From Candidatus Cloacimonadota bacterium (lineage in GTDB: Bacteria; Cloacimonadota; Cloacimonadia; Cloacimonadales; TCS61), in contig JAGLPW010000049.1 in the NCBI GenBank assembly GCA_023137125.1, forward strand, positions 204 to 64,203: 64,000 bases of DNA, in the 5' to 3' direction. This document shows positions 20,704 to 30,935 of this stretch, piece after piece. The notes beneath the pieces are model-generated. The model saw nothing but the letters and a program-made list of their open reading frames with translations, did no database searches and was not told the DNA's origin. How positions within the stretch are numbered: position 1 is the stretch's first letter; each line of letters begins with the position of its first letter. A program made the translations under genes and the position numbers.

Positions 20704-20706
20704 TTA

Positions 20707-21702
20707 ATGAAATTCGTATATACATCATCAACATATCCAATTTTTTTAGGATTATATTTGCAATTAAAGGGTGAAAGAATTCATTTTTTATATACAAGGA
20801 AAAATTATGTTGATTTTTTTGAAAGATTAAATGTTGATGCTACATATATTGAAATACCATCTCATTGGGATTTAGTTCTAAAACCTCAGAAAATAAAGAA
20901 TAAAATAAAAAAAATTAACGAACTAATTGGTAAAGATGATCTTGCTTTCACACATTTGCAATTTGCTCAATGGCTTTTTATAATATTATCTAACAGATTG
21001 GAAGATTCTAAATCATATTTTTATGACTTTGAACCTCCGACAAGGAATCAAATATTTTTAATTGATATTATTAATAGTTTAAAAAAATATATACTTATTT
21101 TATTATTAAAATTTACCATGAAAATATGGTATAAAACTTATACAGTTTTATCTTATTATGCTAGAAAATTTTTTTTATCACTGGATCAAAGAAGATTTTC
21201 ACAGTATAATATTATTAAACAACATTTAGATTTTAGTTTTGAAAATATGCAAAAACTGGTTATTGAAAGCAATCAAATAGAGCATGATTTAATAAAGAAT
21301 ATATATATAGGGCAAAATGAAGTAATAATGAAGAATACTGTATATAAATCAAATTCTATTGATAGAATCCATAATTTTATAACAGATAATAATATTTCAG
21401 TAAAACCGCATCCAACCGGTTATCCATATCCAAAATCAGAAAATATTATTTCTCCTCATATACCAACTGAGTTTTTATTTAGTAAAATAACTAATTCTAT
21501 TATTTCAATTAATTCAACAACGTTGATTGCTGCTAGTAAGTTTTATAGATCAAATTCAAATGTAAAAATTATTTGCTTGATGAAACTTGTAAATTATCTA
21601 GACAAAGAGTCAGAGAATGAAATGATAAAACGAATACGAGATAGGAGTGAGAACAATATCTTATATCCAGAAACTTTTGAAGAGCTGGAAGAATTATTAT
21701 GA
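20707..21702 (+). CDS. hypothetical protein; candidate nonulosonic-acid (pseudaminyl) transferase by position only
   Basis: 331-aa ORF tightly packed between wzx and an acetyltransferase. No motif recognised. Confidence 0.45.
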   Translation: MKFVYTSSTYPIFLGLYLQLKGERIHFLYTRKNYVDFFERLNVDATYIEIPSHWDLVLKPQKIKNKIKKINELIGKDDLAFTHLQFAQWLFIILSNRLEDSKSYFYDFEPPTRNQIFLIDIINSLKKYILILLLKFTMKIWYKTYTVLSYYARKFFLSLDQRRFSQYNIIKQHLDFSFENMQKLVIESNQIEHDLIKNIYIGQNEVIMKNTVYKSNSIDRIHNFITDNNISVKPHPTGYPYPKSENIISPHIPTEFLFSKITNSIISINSTTLIAASKFYRSNSNVKIICLMKLVNYLDKESENEMIKRIRDRSENNILYPETFEELEELL

Positions 21703-22397
21703 AAAGAAAAATTCTTAACTTATTACCTCAATTTTTATGTAATTGTATTTTAAAATTATATTATAGAATAACTAAATCTTCTATTTTATTAAAAGATTCT
21801 AAAGTCAATGCAGGGTCTTTTTTGGAAGATTATAATTATCTCGGTCGAAACACGCATTTTTTAGATTCATATTTAGGTTTAGCTAGTTACATAGCAAATA
21901 ACTCAATTATAAAGAGAACAAAAATCGGAAAGTTTTGTGCAATTGGTGATAATGTCCGCACATCATTAGGCATACATCCAACCAATGATTTTGTTAGTAT
22001 TCATCCATCCTTTTTCTCTTTACATCCACCTGTTAAGTTAGCTTTTGCAAATGAACAGCTCTTTGAAGAACATAAATATATTAATGCTGAAAAGAATTAT
22101 GTAGTAGAAATTGGGAATGATGTATGGATTGGGAACAACGTATTAATTATTGATGGAGTAACAATAGCTGATGGAGCAGTTATTGCTGCTGGTGCTGTAG
22201 TAATAGAAGATGTTGAACCGTATTCTATAGTCGGTGGTGTTCCTGCTAAAGAAATTAGAAAAAGATTTAATGAAGATGAAATTATATTTCTGTTAGATCT
22301 CAAATGGTGGGACAAAGATTTGAAATGGATTTATGAAAATAAAGAAAAATTTAATGATATAAATATATTTACAGAATATAAAAGTGATAAAAAATAA
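21699..22397 (+). CDS. hexapeptide-repeat O-acetyltransferase (CatB/Vat-like)
   Basis: Left-handed beta-helix repeats IGNDVWIGNNVLIIDGVTIADGAVIAAGAVVIEDVEPYSIVGGVPAKEIRKRF. Confidence 0.8.
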   Translation: MKRKILNLLPQFLCNCILKLYYRITKSSILLKDSKVNAGSFLEDYNYLGRNTHFLDSYLGLASYIANNSIIKRTKIGKFCAIGDNVRTSLGIHPTNDFVSIHPSFFSLHPPVKLAFANEQLFEEHKYINAEKNYVVEIGNDVWIGNNVLIIDGVTIADGAVIAAGAVVIEDVEPYSIVGGVPAKEIRKRFNEDEIIFLLDLKWWDKDLKWIYENKEKFNDINIFTEYKSDKK

Positions 22398-23736
22398 TAA
22401 TATAAAAAAAGAAATTAATAGAATTGTTTCAAATAAACTTTGTACTGGTTGTGGTGCATGTATATTATTTGATCAGTCTAACAAATCAAAAATGATCAAT
22501 AACCAATTTGGACCAATTCCAAGTTTTCATAATGATGCAATTTTTAAAACAAATCCTTTAGATTATTGTCCAGGTCACATTATTGATTACGATGATTTAT
22601 ATAAGTCAGTTTATGGCACTTATCCAGATAATTGGTTAATAGGGAATTATGAGAACATCTATATTGGCTATAGCAAAGATAATCAAATAAGATCAAATTC
22701 ATCTTCTGGTGGTATATTAACGCATATCTTAGTATATCTATTAAGAAATCAACTAATTGATCAAGCAATAATTGTAAAACAAGGAATTCCTTTACCATAC
22801 AAAGCAAGTGTAATGTTTGCAAAAAATGAAGAAACTATAAAAAATTCATCTCAATCTGTATATACACCTGTTTCAATGTTAGATATTCTGAAAAACTTAG
22901 ATTCTAAAAAAAAATACGCTATTACCTTACTTCCGGATCAAGCTGCGGTATTAAGAAAATTGCAAAAAGATGACTTATTTAATTCAAATTGCATAAAATT
23001 TGTTTTAGGTCCTTATACTGGAACACAGATTGATTCGAGAGCATTAAATTATTTTTATAAGAGGAATAAAATTAATAATTTAAAAGATATTAAATCTATA
23101 AAATGGAGAGCAGGTGAATGGCCGGGTTACTTAGAAATATTGACCCATTCTGGAAAAATCGTTAGATCAAAAAAAGTTTATTATAATTTTTTAATACCAT
23201 TTTATATTACTAACTCTAGTTTGCTTAGTATAGATTTTACAAATGAACTTGCAGATATATCAGTAGGTGATGCTTGGTCACCCAAATATGAAAAAATAGG
23301 AAAAGGTTTTTCAATTATAACATCAAGAACTCAAAAAATGGATATATTGCTAAAAAAAATGCAAGAAGAAGATTTAATACATCTAGAAAAGAAAGATTGG
23401 GAATCAGTTAGCTTTATGCATGGTCATATGTTAGATTTTAAAAAAAGAGGAACTTTCATAAGAATTAAAATTCGTAAATTTTTTGGGCTAAGAAGCCCAA
23501 AATACACATTAAAACCAGTAAATTTACCATTAAGTAGATTTTTTGTAGAAATTATTAATTTGTTAATTTTTTCAATCTGTCGAACTCATTTAGCAAGGCA
23601 ATTACTTAATTTTATTCCAGAACCTTTTATTGGTCATGTATTCAACAGATTACGCTTGAAATGGAAATCACTAAGTAAACCTACAAAGAGAAAAGGTTTA
23701 AAAAATTATAAGATGAAAAATAGTTATGATGATTAA
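22384..23736 (+). CDS. coenzyme F420 hydrogenase/dehydrogenase beta-subunit-like (FrhB-like) protein
   Basis: GTG start. N-terminal CTGCGAC cluster motif. Its size and context resemble the FrhB-like proteins common in polysaccharide loci. Confidence 0.55.
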   Translation: MIKNNNIKKEINRIVSNKLCTGCGACILFDQSNKSKMINNQFGPIPSFHNDAIFKTNPLDYCPGHIIDYDDLYKSVYGTYPDNWLIGNYENIYIGYSKDNQIRSNSSSGGILTHILVYLLRNQLIDQAIIVKQGIPLPYKASVMFAKNEETIKNSSQSVYTPVSMLDILKNLDSKKKYAITLLPDQAAVLRKLQKDDLFNSNCIKFVLGPYTGTQIDSRALNYFYKRNKINNLKDIKSIKWRAGEWPGYLEILTHSGKIVRSKKVYYNFLIPFYITNSSLLSIDFTNELADISVGDAWSPKYEKIGKGFSIITSRTQKMDILLKKMQEEDLIHLEKKDWESVSFMHGHMLDFKKRGTFIRIKIRKFFGLRSPKYTLKPVNLPLSRFFVEIINLLIFSICRTHLARQLLNFIPEPFIGHVFNRLRLKWKSLSKPTKRKGLKNYKMKNSYDD

Positions 23737-25324
23737 ATCATTCAATCATTTAATTGATAAACTAACACCGAGAATTTTAACCCAAGTTTGTCGTGATCCA
23801 AATTCCAAAACTTATGGATGTTTTGATCGGAATTGGTGGCACTATAAAATACGAGATTTTTCCTCGATTATTTTACAACAAGGCGGATATTATTGTTGCT
23901 TATTAGCTGATAATGAGAATTATATTAGGCAAAAAAAAGAATTAGAGCTTATAGCATTAGCCTCGGTTAAGTTCTGGATGAGAAAAGCTTTGAAATATGG
24001 TGCATTTGAAGAATACTACCCTTGGGAAAATGGATATCCTCCTCTAGCTTTTTCTACATTAGCTATAACAAAAATATGTAATAAATTAGATTATTCTTCT
24101 AATGAAATGGATCTTTGTTTAAAAAAAGCATCTAAGCAACTAGTAAGAAAATATGAAAACAAAGCTTTAAATCAGCAAGTCGCCGGTTTGGCTGCACTAT
24201 GTAATATTTATGCATATAATAATACTTTTGTAAGTGATGAAAGTATTATGACTCTTTTGAATAAAATAATTGAAGAACAGAATGAAGATGGTTGGTTTCC
24301 AGAATATGGAGGCCCCGATATTGGATATCTCTCGGTTACAATAGATTGTCTATGGGATATTTATGACATCTTTCAAGATCAACGCATAATAAAATCTATT
24401 AAGAAAGCAATAATTTTTATAGATAATGTGCTTTTTGAAAATAGCAGTATAGGTATGCATAATTCTAGAAATACAGACTATATAGTACCCTATGGCATTT
24501 TTAGAACTTATATTAATAAAAATATAAAATGTCACAGGGAATCTGAGAGTATCATTAATAAAATCTTTCAAAATTTAAACAAAAAAAATCATTACATATA
24601 TGCTATTGATGATAGGTACTGGATACATTATATTGGTCATTCTTATGTGAGAGCAACAAATATTATTAACCAATATAAAATAGAAATTGCTTCTTTTGAA
24701 AAGAAGGATAATAAAGAAAATTTAAATATATATCCAAGTTCAGGATACATTATTAAAAAGGGAAGATTATTATCATATATTATATCCAGTAGTAAGGGTG
24801 GTAATATCAGTGCTAAAATAAAATCTGGAAATTATAAAAAATTCTCTGATTTTGGCTGGGTAATAAGAATGGATAAGAAACAATATGTTACCTGTTGGTG
24901 GGGTAATTCAGAATTGAAGGTTAATTTCAAGAATCGTTATTTAATTAAAGGATATCTCGTTGCAACAAAAGAAACTGTAAGTAATCCATTTTACCATGTA
25001 ATATTGAGATTTATGAGTTTGTTATTTGGTAACTTTATTATTTCTTTTTTGAAAAAGAAATTAATTTTTATTAAGAATAGTGATTTTTATCCTTTTGAAA
25101 GAGATATAGTTTTTGAAAAGGATACTATTATTATAAAGGATAAATTTTATAATCTCTCATCAAATGTTGAAATTGTTAGAGCCCCTAGGTCGTCAAAACG
25201 TCATGTTGCAAGTGCGGATTCTTTTCATATGGAAGACAATTCACTTATTTCAAATATGATTATAAAAGAAAAAAGAGAGAAAAAAAAGAATTATTTCTTA
25301 ATAATTTCGAATTATGAATATTAA
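23726..25324 (+). CDS. hypothetical protein, possibly alpha/alpha-toroid fold
   Basis: 532-aa ORF overlapping both neighbours. Contains QNEDGWFPEYGGPDIGYLSVTIDCLWDIY, which resembles toroid-fold repeats. No firm family assignment. Confidence 0.45.
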   Translation: MMIKSFNHLIDKLTPRILTQVCRDPNSKTYGCFDRNWWHYKIRDFSSIILQQGGYYCCLLADNENYIRQKKELELIALASVKFWMRKALKYGAFEEYYPWENGYPPLAFSTLAITKICNKLDYSSNEMDLCLKKASKQLVRKYENKALNQQVAGLAALCNIYAYNNTFVSDESIMTLLNKIIEEQNEDGWFPEYGGPDIGYLSVTIDCLWDIYDIFQDQRIIKSIKKAIIFIDNVLFENSSIGMHNSRNTDYIVPYGIFRTYINKNIKCHRESESIINKIFQNLNKKNHYIYAIDDRYWIHYIGHSYVRATNIINQYKIEIASFEKKDNKENLNIYPSSGYIIKKGRLLSYIISSSKGGNISAKIKSGNYKKFSDFGWVIRMDKKQYVTCWWGNSELKVNFKNRYLIKGYLVATKETVSNPFYHVILRFMSLLFGNFIISFLKKKLIFIKNSDFYPFERDIVFEKDTIIIKDKFYNLSSNVEIVRAPRSSKRHVASADSFHMEDNSLISNMIIKEKREKKKNYFLIISNYEY

Positions 25325-25730
25325 ACCAATAATTTACAGTATATACGAAAGACACTTTTTTAAATTTATGAAATTTCTTTCATCAGGGTTACCATCTTTT
25401 CTGTTAGCTGTCCCTCTAAACATTTTATTAGTAGAAATTGTTAAACTTGATAAAACTTTATCATATTCAATTGTTATATTAATTCAAATAACTATTAATT
25501 TTTTTATTTTAAAGAAATTTGCATTTGATAAAAATAATTCTATCCCAACTTTAAAACAATTCCTATTGTTTCTGGGAGGGATATTTTTTTTCCGAGCTAT
25601 AGATGTTGGAGTCTTTACACTAATGGTAAAATATTTCAACATCTACTACATAATAGCACAGATAATAAATGTTTTATTTTTCTCTATTGTAAAATATTTA
25701 TATAGTAAAAAAATTATTGAAGGAAGTTAG
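25314..25730 (+). CDS. GtrA-family small membrane protein
   Basis: 138 aa with four hydrophobic helices and FKFMKFLSSGLPSFLL...ITINFFILKKFAFD, typical of GtrA. Confidence 0.7.
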   Translation: MNIKPIIYSIYERHFFKFMKFLSSGLPSFLLAVPLNILLVEIVKLDKTLSYSIVILIQITINFFILKKFAFDKNNSIPTLKQFLLFLGGIFFFRAIDVGVFTLMVKYFNIYYIIAQIINVLFFSIVKYLYSKKIIEGS

Positions 25731-25732
25731 TT

Positions 25733-26686
25733 ATGAAGCTTATTATTCAAATTCCATGTTACAATGAAGAGAAAACATTGCCATCTACTATTCATGATTT
25801 ACCCGACAAAATTGATGGTATAGACACAATTGAATATTTAATAATTGATGATGGAAGCTCAGATAAGACAATAGAGGTTGCCCAACGAAATGGAGTGCAC
25901 CATATTTTAAAAAATGGTACTAATATAGGACTTGCAAAAACGTTTATGAAGGGTTTGCAATTCTGTTTGGAACATGGTGCTGATATTGTTGTTAACACAG
26001 ACGGGGATAATCAATATTTTGGAGGAGATATTCCATTATTGGTTGAGCCAATAATAAACAATCAGGCTGATATTGTTGTTGGAAGTCGACCGATATCTAA
26101 ACATAAAGAATTTTCAAAATTCAAAAAAAAACTACAATATTTAGGAAGTTACATATTAAGAGTGATTTCTAAAACAGATATTAAAGATGCTGTTTCTGGT
26201 TTTAGGAGCTTCTCAAAAGAAGCATGTTTAGAATTGAATATTTATTCAAAATTTTCTTATTGTACTGAAACTTTAATACAAGCAGGAAACTCAAATCTAA
26301 GAGTAACATCAGTAGATATTAGAGTAAATCCGAAAACTAGAGAATCTAGGTTGTTTTCAAATATTTTTGAACATATATATAAATCTTCTGTAACCATGAT
26401 AACAATGTTTATACTTTATCGACCGGGAAGATTTTTTCTTTCGATAGGGAATTTTTTTTTCTCGTTAAGTTTAATTATAGGTGTTAGATTTTTATACCTG
26501 ACTTACTGGATTCCAGTTCGTGAAGAAGGAAGAACATATATTCCATCTTTGATATTACTGTCACTTTTTTCATTTTTAGGTATCTTCTCATACTCATTAG
26601 CAGTAATTGGAGAGCTAATAAAATATCTTAGGATATTGTTAGAAAAGATTAACAAAAATCTAAAATCATTATTATACCAAAAATAG
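25733..26686 (+). CDS. family-2 glycosyltransferase, polyprenyl-phosphate sugar synthase type (GtrB/DPM1-like)
   Basis: Motifs IIQIPCYNEEKTL, IIDDGSSDKT and NTDGDNQ, plus two C-terminal TM helices. Confidence 0.82.
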   Translation: MKLIIQIPCYNEEKTLPSTIHDLPDKIDGIDTIEYLIIDDGSSDKTIEVAQRNGVHHILKNGTNIGLAKTFMKGLQFCLEHGADIVVNTDGDNQYFGGDIPLLVEPIINNQADIVVGSRPISKHKEFSKFKKKLQYLGSYILRVISKTDIKDAVSGFRSFSKEACLELNIYSKFSYCTETLIQAGNSNLRVTSVDIRVNPKTRESRLFSNIFEHIYKSSVTMITMFILYRPGRFFLSIGNFFFSLSLIIGVRFLYLTYWIPVREEGRTYIPSLILLSLFSFLGIFSYSLAVIGELIKYLRILLEKINKNLKSLLYQK

Positions 26687-26868
26687 AACAAAATCATGAG
26701 GACTATACTAAGCATATTTCAACAACAATGAAAATTTTATGAAAAATAGAAATTTAATAATAATCTACAAAACTTTTGTGAAAGAAGTTAATATAATTCT
26801 ATTGAATAATTATTGGAGTAATTATTAATAAATTAAACTTATCATTTTCTCTTAGTTTAACTTTAATT

Positions 26869-28569
26869 TTGATAATCTATTCAATGTTTATCATAGCCTC
26901 TTTACAAATGATAACTAAATTCTCCGGATTTTTTATATTATTAATAGCAATATTAATAATAGCTGTTAATATAAAGCAAATCAAATTTCACAAAATTATT
27001 TTAATATTTAAATCATTATCTCAATTTGAAAAGATGTTATTAATATTAGCATTGATTAATTTAGCTACTTCATTTATTATATGTTTTTCCCCAATAATAG
27101 GAACGGACACATTAACATCTAGGATTAATAATCCTAAAAGATATATTCAGCATGGTGGTTTTTATGATATGCCACACAAATTAAATTCTAATCTCCCCAT
27201 GGGAACAGAAATGTTATATATGTTTAGTTTAATAATTTTTCCAGTCATCTCTGTAAAAATTGTTGCTTTCATTATTAGTTTAATTTTGTCTTTTTCAATT
27301 TATCAATTCAGTAAAGATATTGCTTTTAGAGAAGTAGGCATACTCGCTTCCATATTAATAATTTCTACGCCAATATTTTATTCGCATTCGTTTACTCCCT
27401 TACAAGATATGCTATTAGCTCTATTTTCATTATTATCTCTATGGTGCTTAATAAAATATTATAAAGATTGTTTATTGCAGAATTCCATACTATTTGGTAT
27501 TTTTTCTGGAACCACGATTGCGATAAAATATAATGGTATAATATTGGTTTTTATTCTATATATTTTGCTTTTTACTAAATTAATAAAGATAAAAAAACTT
27601 AAAAACATTTTTACCCCCATCATCTTTACAGCGATATTTTATTTTCCATGGCTAATAAAGGCTTACAAATATACAGGTAACCCTCTTTATCCATATTTGA
27701 ATAAGTTTTTTTTATTAAATCATCCATATAATTCGATAAATTCCTCATTAATTGGTAAGGCAGATTTCTCTATTATTAATAAGATTATATTTTATTTCAC
27801 ACATTTTTTTAATATGACGATTATCCCCTTCAGGATCAACCAATACTATTCTCCAATTAATAGTTTTACAAACCCATTAATTATACTTTTACTATTAATA
27901 GCTATTTATTATAAATTTTGGAAATCAGTAAATTTCAAAATATTCACAATTACAATATTTTTTACGTATACGATACATTTTTTTTTACTTATGAATCGCT
28001 ATGGTCCACGTCCTAGATGGATATTTATAGTTTTCTGCCTTCTGTCAATTATTGGATCATGGGGGTTTTATAAAATAAAAAATAGGATTATATATAGATT
28101 TTTTCAAATAATTATTTTATCATGGATTTTATTTTTTACAATATATACGACTTCCCAAAAAATGAAATTCTATCCTGTTGTTTTTGGTTTACAAACTGAT
28201 CAAGAATTCCATCGAGATATTAGCTCTGGTTTTAAATGGATTGAAGATTTTGAATATTTGAACAAAATCGATAAAGATAACAAAAAAGTTTTATTATTTA
28301 CTCCAAAAGCCTATTATTTAGACTCAGATTATGTCTTAGCGAGAATAGTGAAATATGAAATCAAGTTAAATGATAATGCAAATATCCATGATCTAATGAA
28401 ATATTTAATCCAAAATAATGTAAAGTTTATATGGTTTGATAATGATGACACTGATCTTCAATTCTATGATAGTGAATTACTACCACTAACTAAGAGAATG
28501 ATAAACTCATATAATTTAAAAGAAGTTTTTTATAATGAAGTTACTAACAGTTATATATATTCATTATAA
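26869..28569 (+). CDS. GT-C fold membrane glycosyltransferase (ArnT/PMT, GT39/GT83-like)
   Basis: 566 aa with more than 10 hydrophobic helices followed by a soluble C-terminal domain of about 130 aa. Lies immediately after the GtrA/GtrB-like pair. The start is uncertain (TTG 26869 or ATG 26884). Confidence 0.5.
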   Translation: MIIYSMFIIASLQMITKFSGFFILLIAILIIAVNIKQIKFHKIILIFKSLSQFEKMLLILALINLATSFIICFSPIIGTDTLTSRINNPKRYIQHGGFYDMPHKLNSNLPMGTEMLYMFSLIIFPVISVKIVAFIISLILSFSIYQFSKDIAFREVGILASILIISTPIFYSHSFTPLQDMLLALFSLLSLWCLIKYYKDCLLQNSILFGIFSGTTIAIKYNGIILVFILYILLFTKLIKIKKLKNIFTPIIFTAIFYFPWLIKAYKYTGNPLYPYLNKFFLLNHPYNSINSSLIGKADFSIINKIIFYFTHFFNMTIIPFRINQYYSPINSFTNPLIILLLLIAIYYKFWKSVNFKIFTITIFFTYTIHFFLLMNRYGPRPRWIFIVFCLLSIIGSWGFYKIKNRIIYRFFQIIILSWILFFTIYTTSQKMKFYPVVFGLQTDQEFHRDISSGFKWIEDFEYLNKIDKDNKKVLLFTPKAYYLDSDYVLARIVKYEIKLNDNANIHDLMKYLIQNNVKFIWFDNDDTDLQFYDSELLPLTKRMINSYNLKEVFYNEVTNSYIYSL

Positions 28570-28599
28570 GATTTTTTAATAAGGGATAATAAGTAAAAC

Positions 28600-29859
28600 A
28601 TGTTAAAATTATTCTTTTTTTTAATTGGTGGTTTTATTATAATAATTTATTCTATTAAAGCTGCTAAAAATTTAAGATTATACTTAATTGCTTTTGTAAT
28701 ATTGGATTCGTTAAGACTTTTAGTAAAGTCCAACGAACTGTTACAACAATTTTCCTTTCTTAATAATTTCATGGATTTATTTGGAATTATATCTATTATT
28801 GTAATAATAATTCGTTTTAGAATAAATAATTATACCGTTAATAATACACGAACATTTAACTATTTATTTCTTTTTGTATTTACTTTTTTAATAATTTATA
28901 TGATTTCAGTTTTAACTTATGGAGTTGATGCCATAAAATCTGTCAAATCATCATTTGTGGCCATTTGTTTTATTCTTGCATTAGCTGGTTTTGAAAACAG
29001 TTTAAAAAATCAGCAGGCATTTTATAGTTTTATAAAATTATTGGTCATAGCAACAATTTTATTATATACTTTAAGAATAATAGGTATTCTGCCAATGTTA
29101 TATGGTGCTAGCGGATATTTATCACTAAGGTTTATTACTAATAGTCAAACATTGTATTTAATCTTTTTTTATGTTTTTTTTTCACGTGCTAAATTATTTA
29201 ATATTAGTCAATTTAAGCATGATAAATATCTTGCATTAATTGCATTTTTCCTTATTATTACAAGCACTCAAAGAATGGGTACATTAGTTTTCATTTTATT
29301 TTTGTTTTTTGATCTGCTCACAAATGGAAAATCTAGTATCAAACAAGTATTATTAATTTCATCAATCGGCTTAATGTATATTATATTATTTAATCCAATA
29401 TATTTTGTCTCTATGATAACAAGTGCCTTTGAACCAATTGTATACAATACTGAATCCAGTAATGCAGGGTTAAAATTTTACGATATTTTTGCATCTATAA
29501 AACACATTATTGAAAACAACCAATTACTAATGGGTAGATTATTTCAAAAAGAATTCTTTGTACGTTATTATGGTGACATTATGAGCTCAAGAGCAACAAG
29601 AGGAATTCATAATCTATATATTTCATATTTAGTATCTGGTGGTTTATTTTTATTTGTTCCAATAATATTATTAACTCTTCATTTGTTAAAAATAAATTAC
29701 AAATATTTCAGAAAAAATGTAAATTATGTAAGACAGATTGCCTTTGTCATATTATTAATTACCTTCATATTTTTAAACTCAACTGGATTACCTATGCTTA
29801 ATGCTATTGCTCTTGGATATGCCATAATATCATCTAAAAAATATATATATGAACAATAA
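28600..29859 (+). CDS. O-antigen polymerase/ligase family membrane protein (Wzy_C-like)
   Basis: 419 aa and polytopic. The loop RGIHNLYISYLVSGGLFLF resembles the Wzy_C H-N-x-Y signature. Confidence 0.6.
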   Translation: MLKLFFFLIGGFIIIIYSIKAAKNLRLYLIAFVILDSLRLLVKSNELLQQFSFLNNFMDLFGIISIIVIIIRFRINNYTVNNTRTFNYLFLFVFTFLIIYMISVLTYGVDAIKSVKSSFVAICFILALAGFENSLKNQQAFYSFIKLLVIATILLYTLRIIGILPMLYGASGYLSLRFITNSQTLYLIFFYVFFSRAKLFNISQFKHDKYLALIAFFLIITSTQRMGTLVFILFLFFDLLTNGKSSIKQVLLISSIGLMYIILFNPIYFVSMITSAFEPIVYNTESSNAGLKFYDIFASIKHIIENNQLLMGRLFQKEFFVRYYGDIMSSRATRGIHNLYISYLVSGGLFLFVPIILLTLHLLKINYKYFRKNVNYVRQIAFVILLITFIFLNSTGLPMLNAIALGYAIISSKKYIYEQ

Positions 29860-30050
29860 AAATAAAGAGTTATTTTATAATATTCTACTAACATTTTTTT
29901 AGTATTATTTATATAATGGTAATTATAATGCATACCTTATGTTTTTATAATAATATTTTTTTAAATAATAATTTAATCTGTAAATATTTATTAAATTTAG
30001 CTTTAATGACTAAGAAATAAAAATACTGATTTGAAAAAGGAGTTAATGAA

Positions 30051-30935
30051 GTGTTAACAATTTGCACAATTATACCTACCCATAATAGAAAAAAATATTT
30101 AAAGATTATCCTTAATCAGCTAGAGAATCAAGAAATGATAGATAAAATAATTAATCATATTATTGTAGTTAATGATGGTTCAACTGATGGTACTGATGAA
30201 ATGCTTAAAAATAATTTCTCAGAAGTTCATATTGTTAAGGGGACAGGTGATTGGTGGTATACAAAAAGTATGAATGAGGGTTTTAAATTCGCTGAACAAT
30301 TTCAACCAGATTATATTCTTACATTAAATGATGATGTGGAGATAAAGAAAAATTACATAAACTCTATATTGGAAGACATCAAAAAGGTAGAGACTGACTC
30401 AATTATGGGTACAGTATCTTTTACTATATCAAAACCTCATAGAATTAGTTTCGGTGGTATTTACAAATTTGATTTTTGGAGATTGAAAGAACATCATTAT
30501 TTTTCTAAATATTCTCAACGGACTCCGTCTTCTCTATCGGGCATTAAAACTTCAGTAATTTTACCTGCAAGGGGAATGTTGATTTCATACAAAGTATTAA
30601 AAAAGTTAAATTATTTTGATGAGAAATTTATCCAGTATGGCTCTGATACTGATTTTACATTAAGAGCTTCTCGCTCAGGTATAAAAGTCTATATATCATA
30701 TAATTCAGTTATTTTTGAAAATGAAGAATTAACTTCAAATGGAGCAGCTCATAATACACCTACCTTTATCCAATATATTAAAAGTTATTTTAATATATAT
30801 TCTACAAATTCAATTCAGAAAACTTTTTATTTTTGGAAAAAACATGGAATTATAATATTAATTCCAATCTATATCGTAATTTTAATATTGGGTTTTTTTA
30901 AGGTTTATTATTTTAAGTATAGGATGAAAATATGA
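30051..30935 (+). CDS. family-2 glycosyltransferase
   Basis: GTG start. Motifs ICTIIPTHNRKKYL, VVNDGSTDGT and LNDDVE. Confidence 0.8.
   Translation: MLTICTIIPTHNRKKYLKIILNQLENQEMIDKIINHIIVVNDGSTDGTDEMLKNNFSEVHIVKGTGDWWYTKSMNEGFKFAEQFQPDYILTLNDDVEIKKNYINSILEDIKKVETDSIMGTVSFTISKPHRISFGGIYKFDFWRLKEHHYFSKYSQRTPSSLSGIKTSVILPARGMLISYKVLKKLNYFDEKFIQYGSDTDFTLRASRSGIKVYISYNSVIFENEELTSNGAAHNTPTFIQYIKSYFNIYSTNSIQKTFYFWKKHGIIILIPIYIVILILGFFKVYYFKYRMKI

Noticed and set aside
26739-26828. 29-codon ORF upstream of the GT-C gene as a possible frameshifted N-terminus
   Set aside because: The GT-C frame is closed by a TGA at 26803-26805. The upstream mini-ORF is in another frame and shows no hydrophobic continuity. 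There is no evidence for a frameshift.
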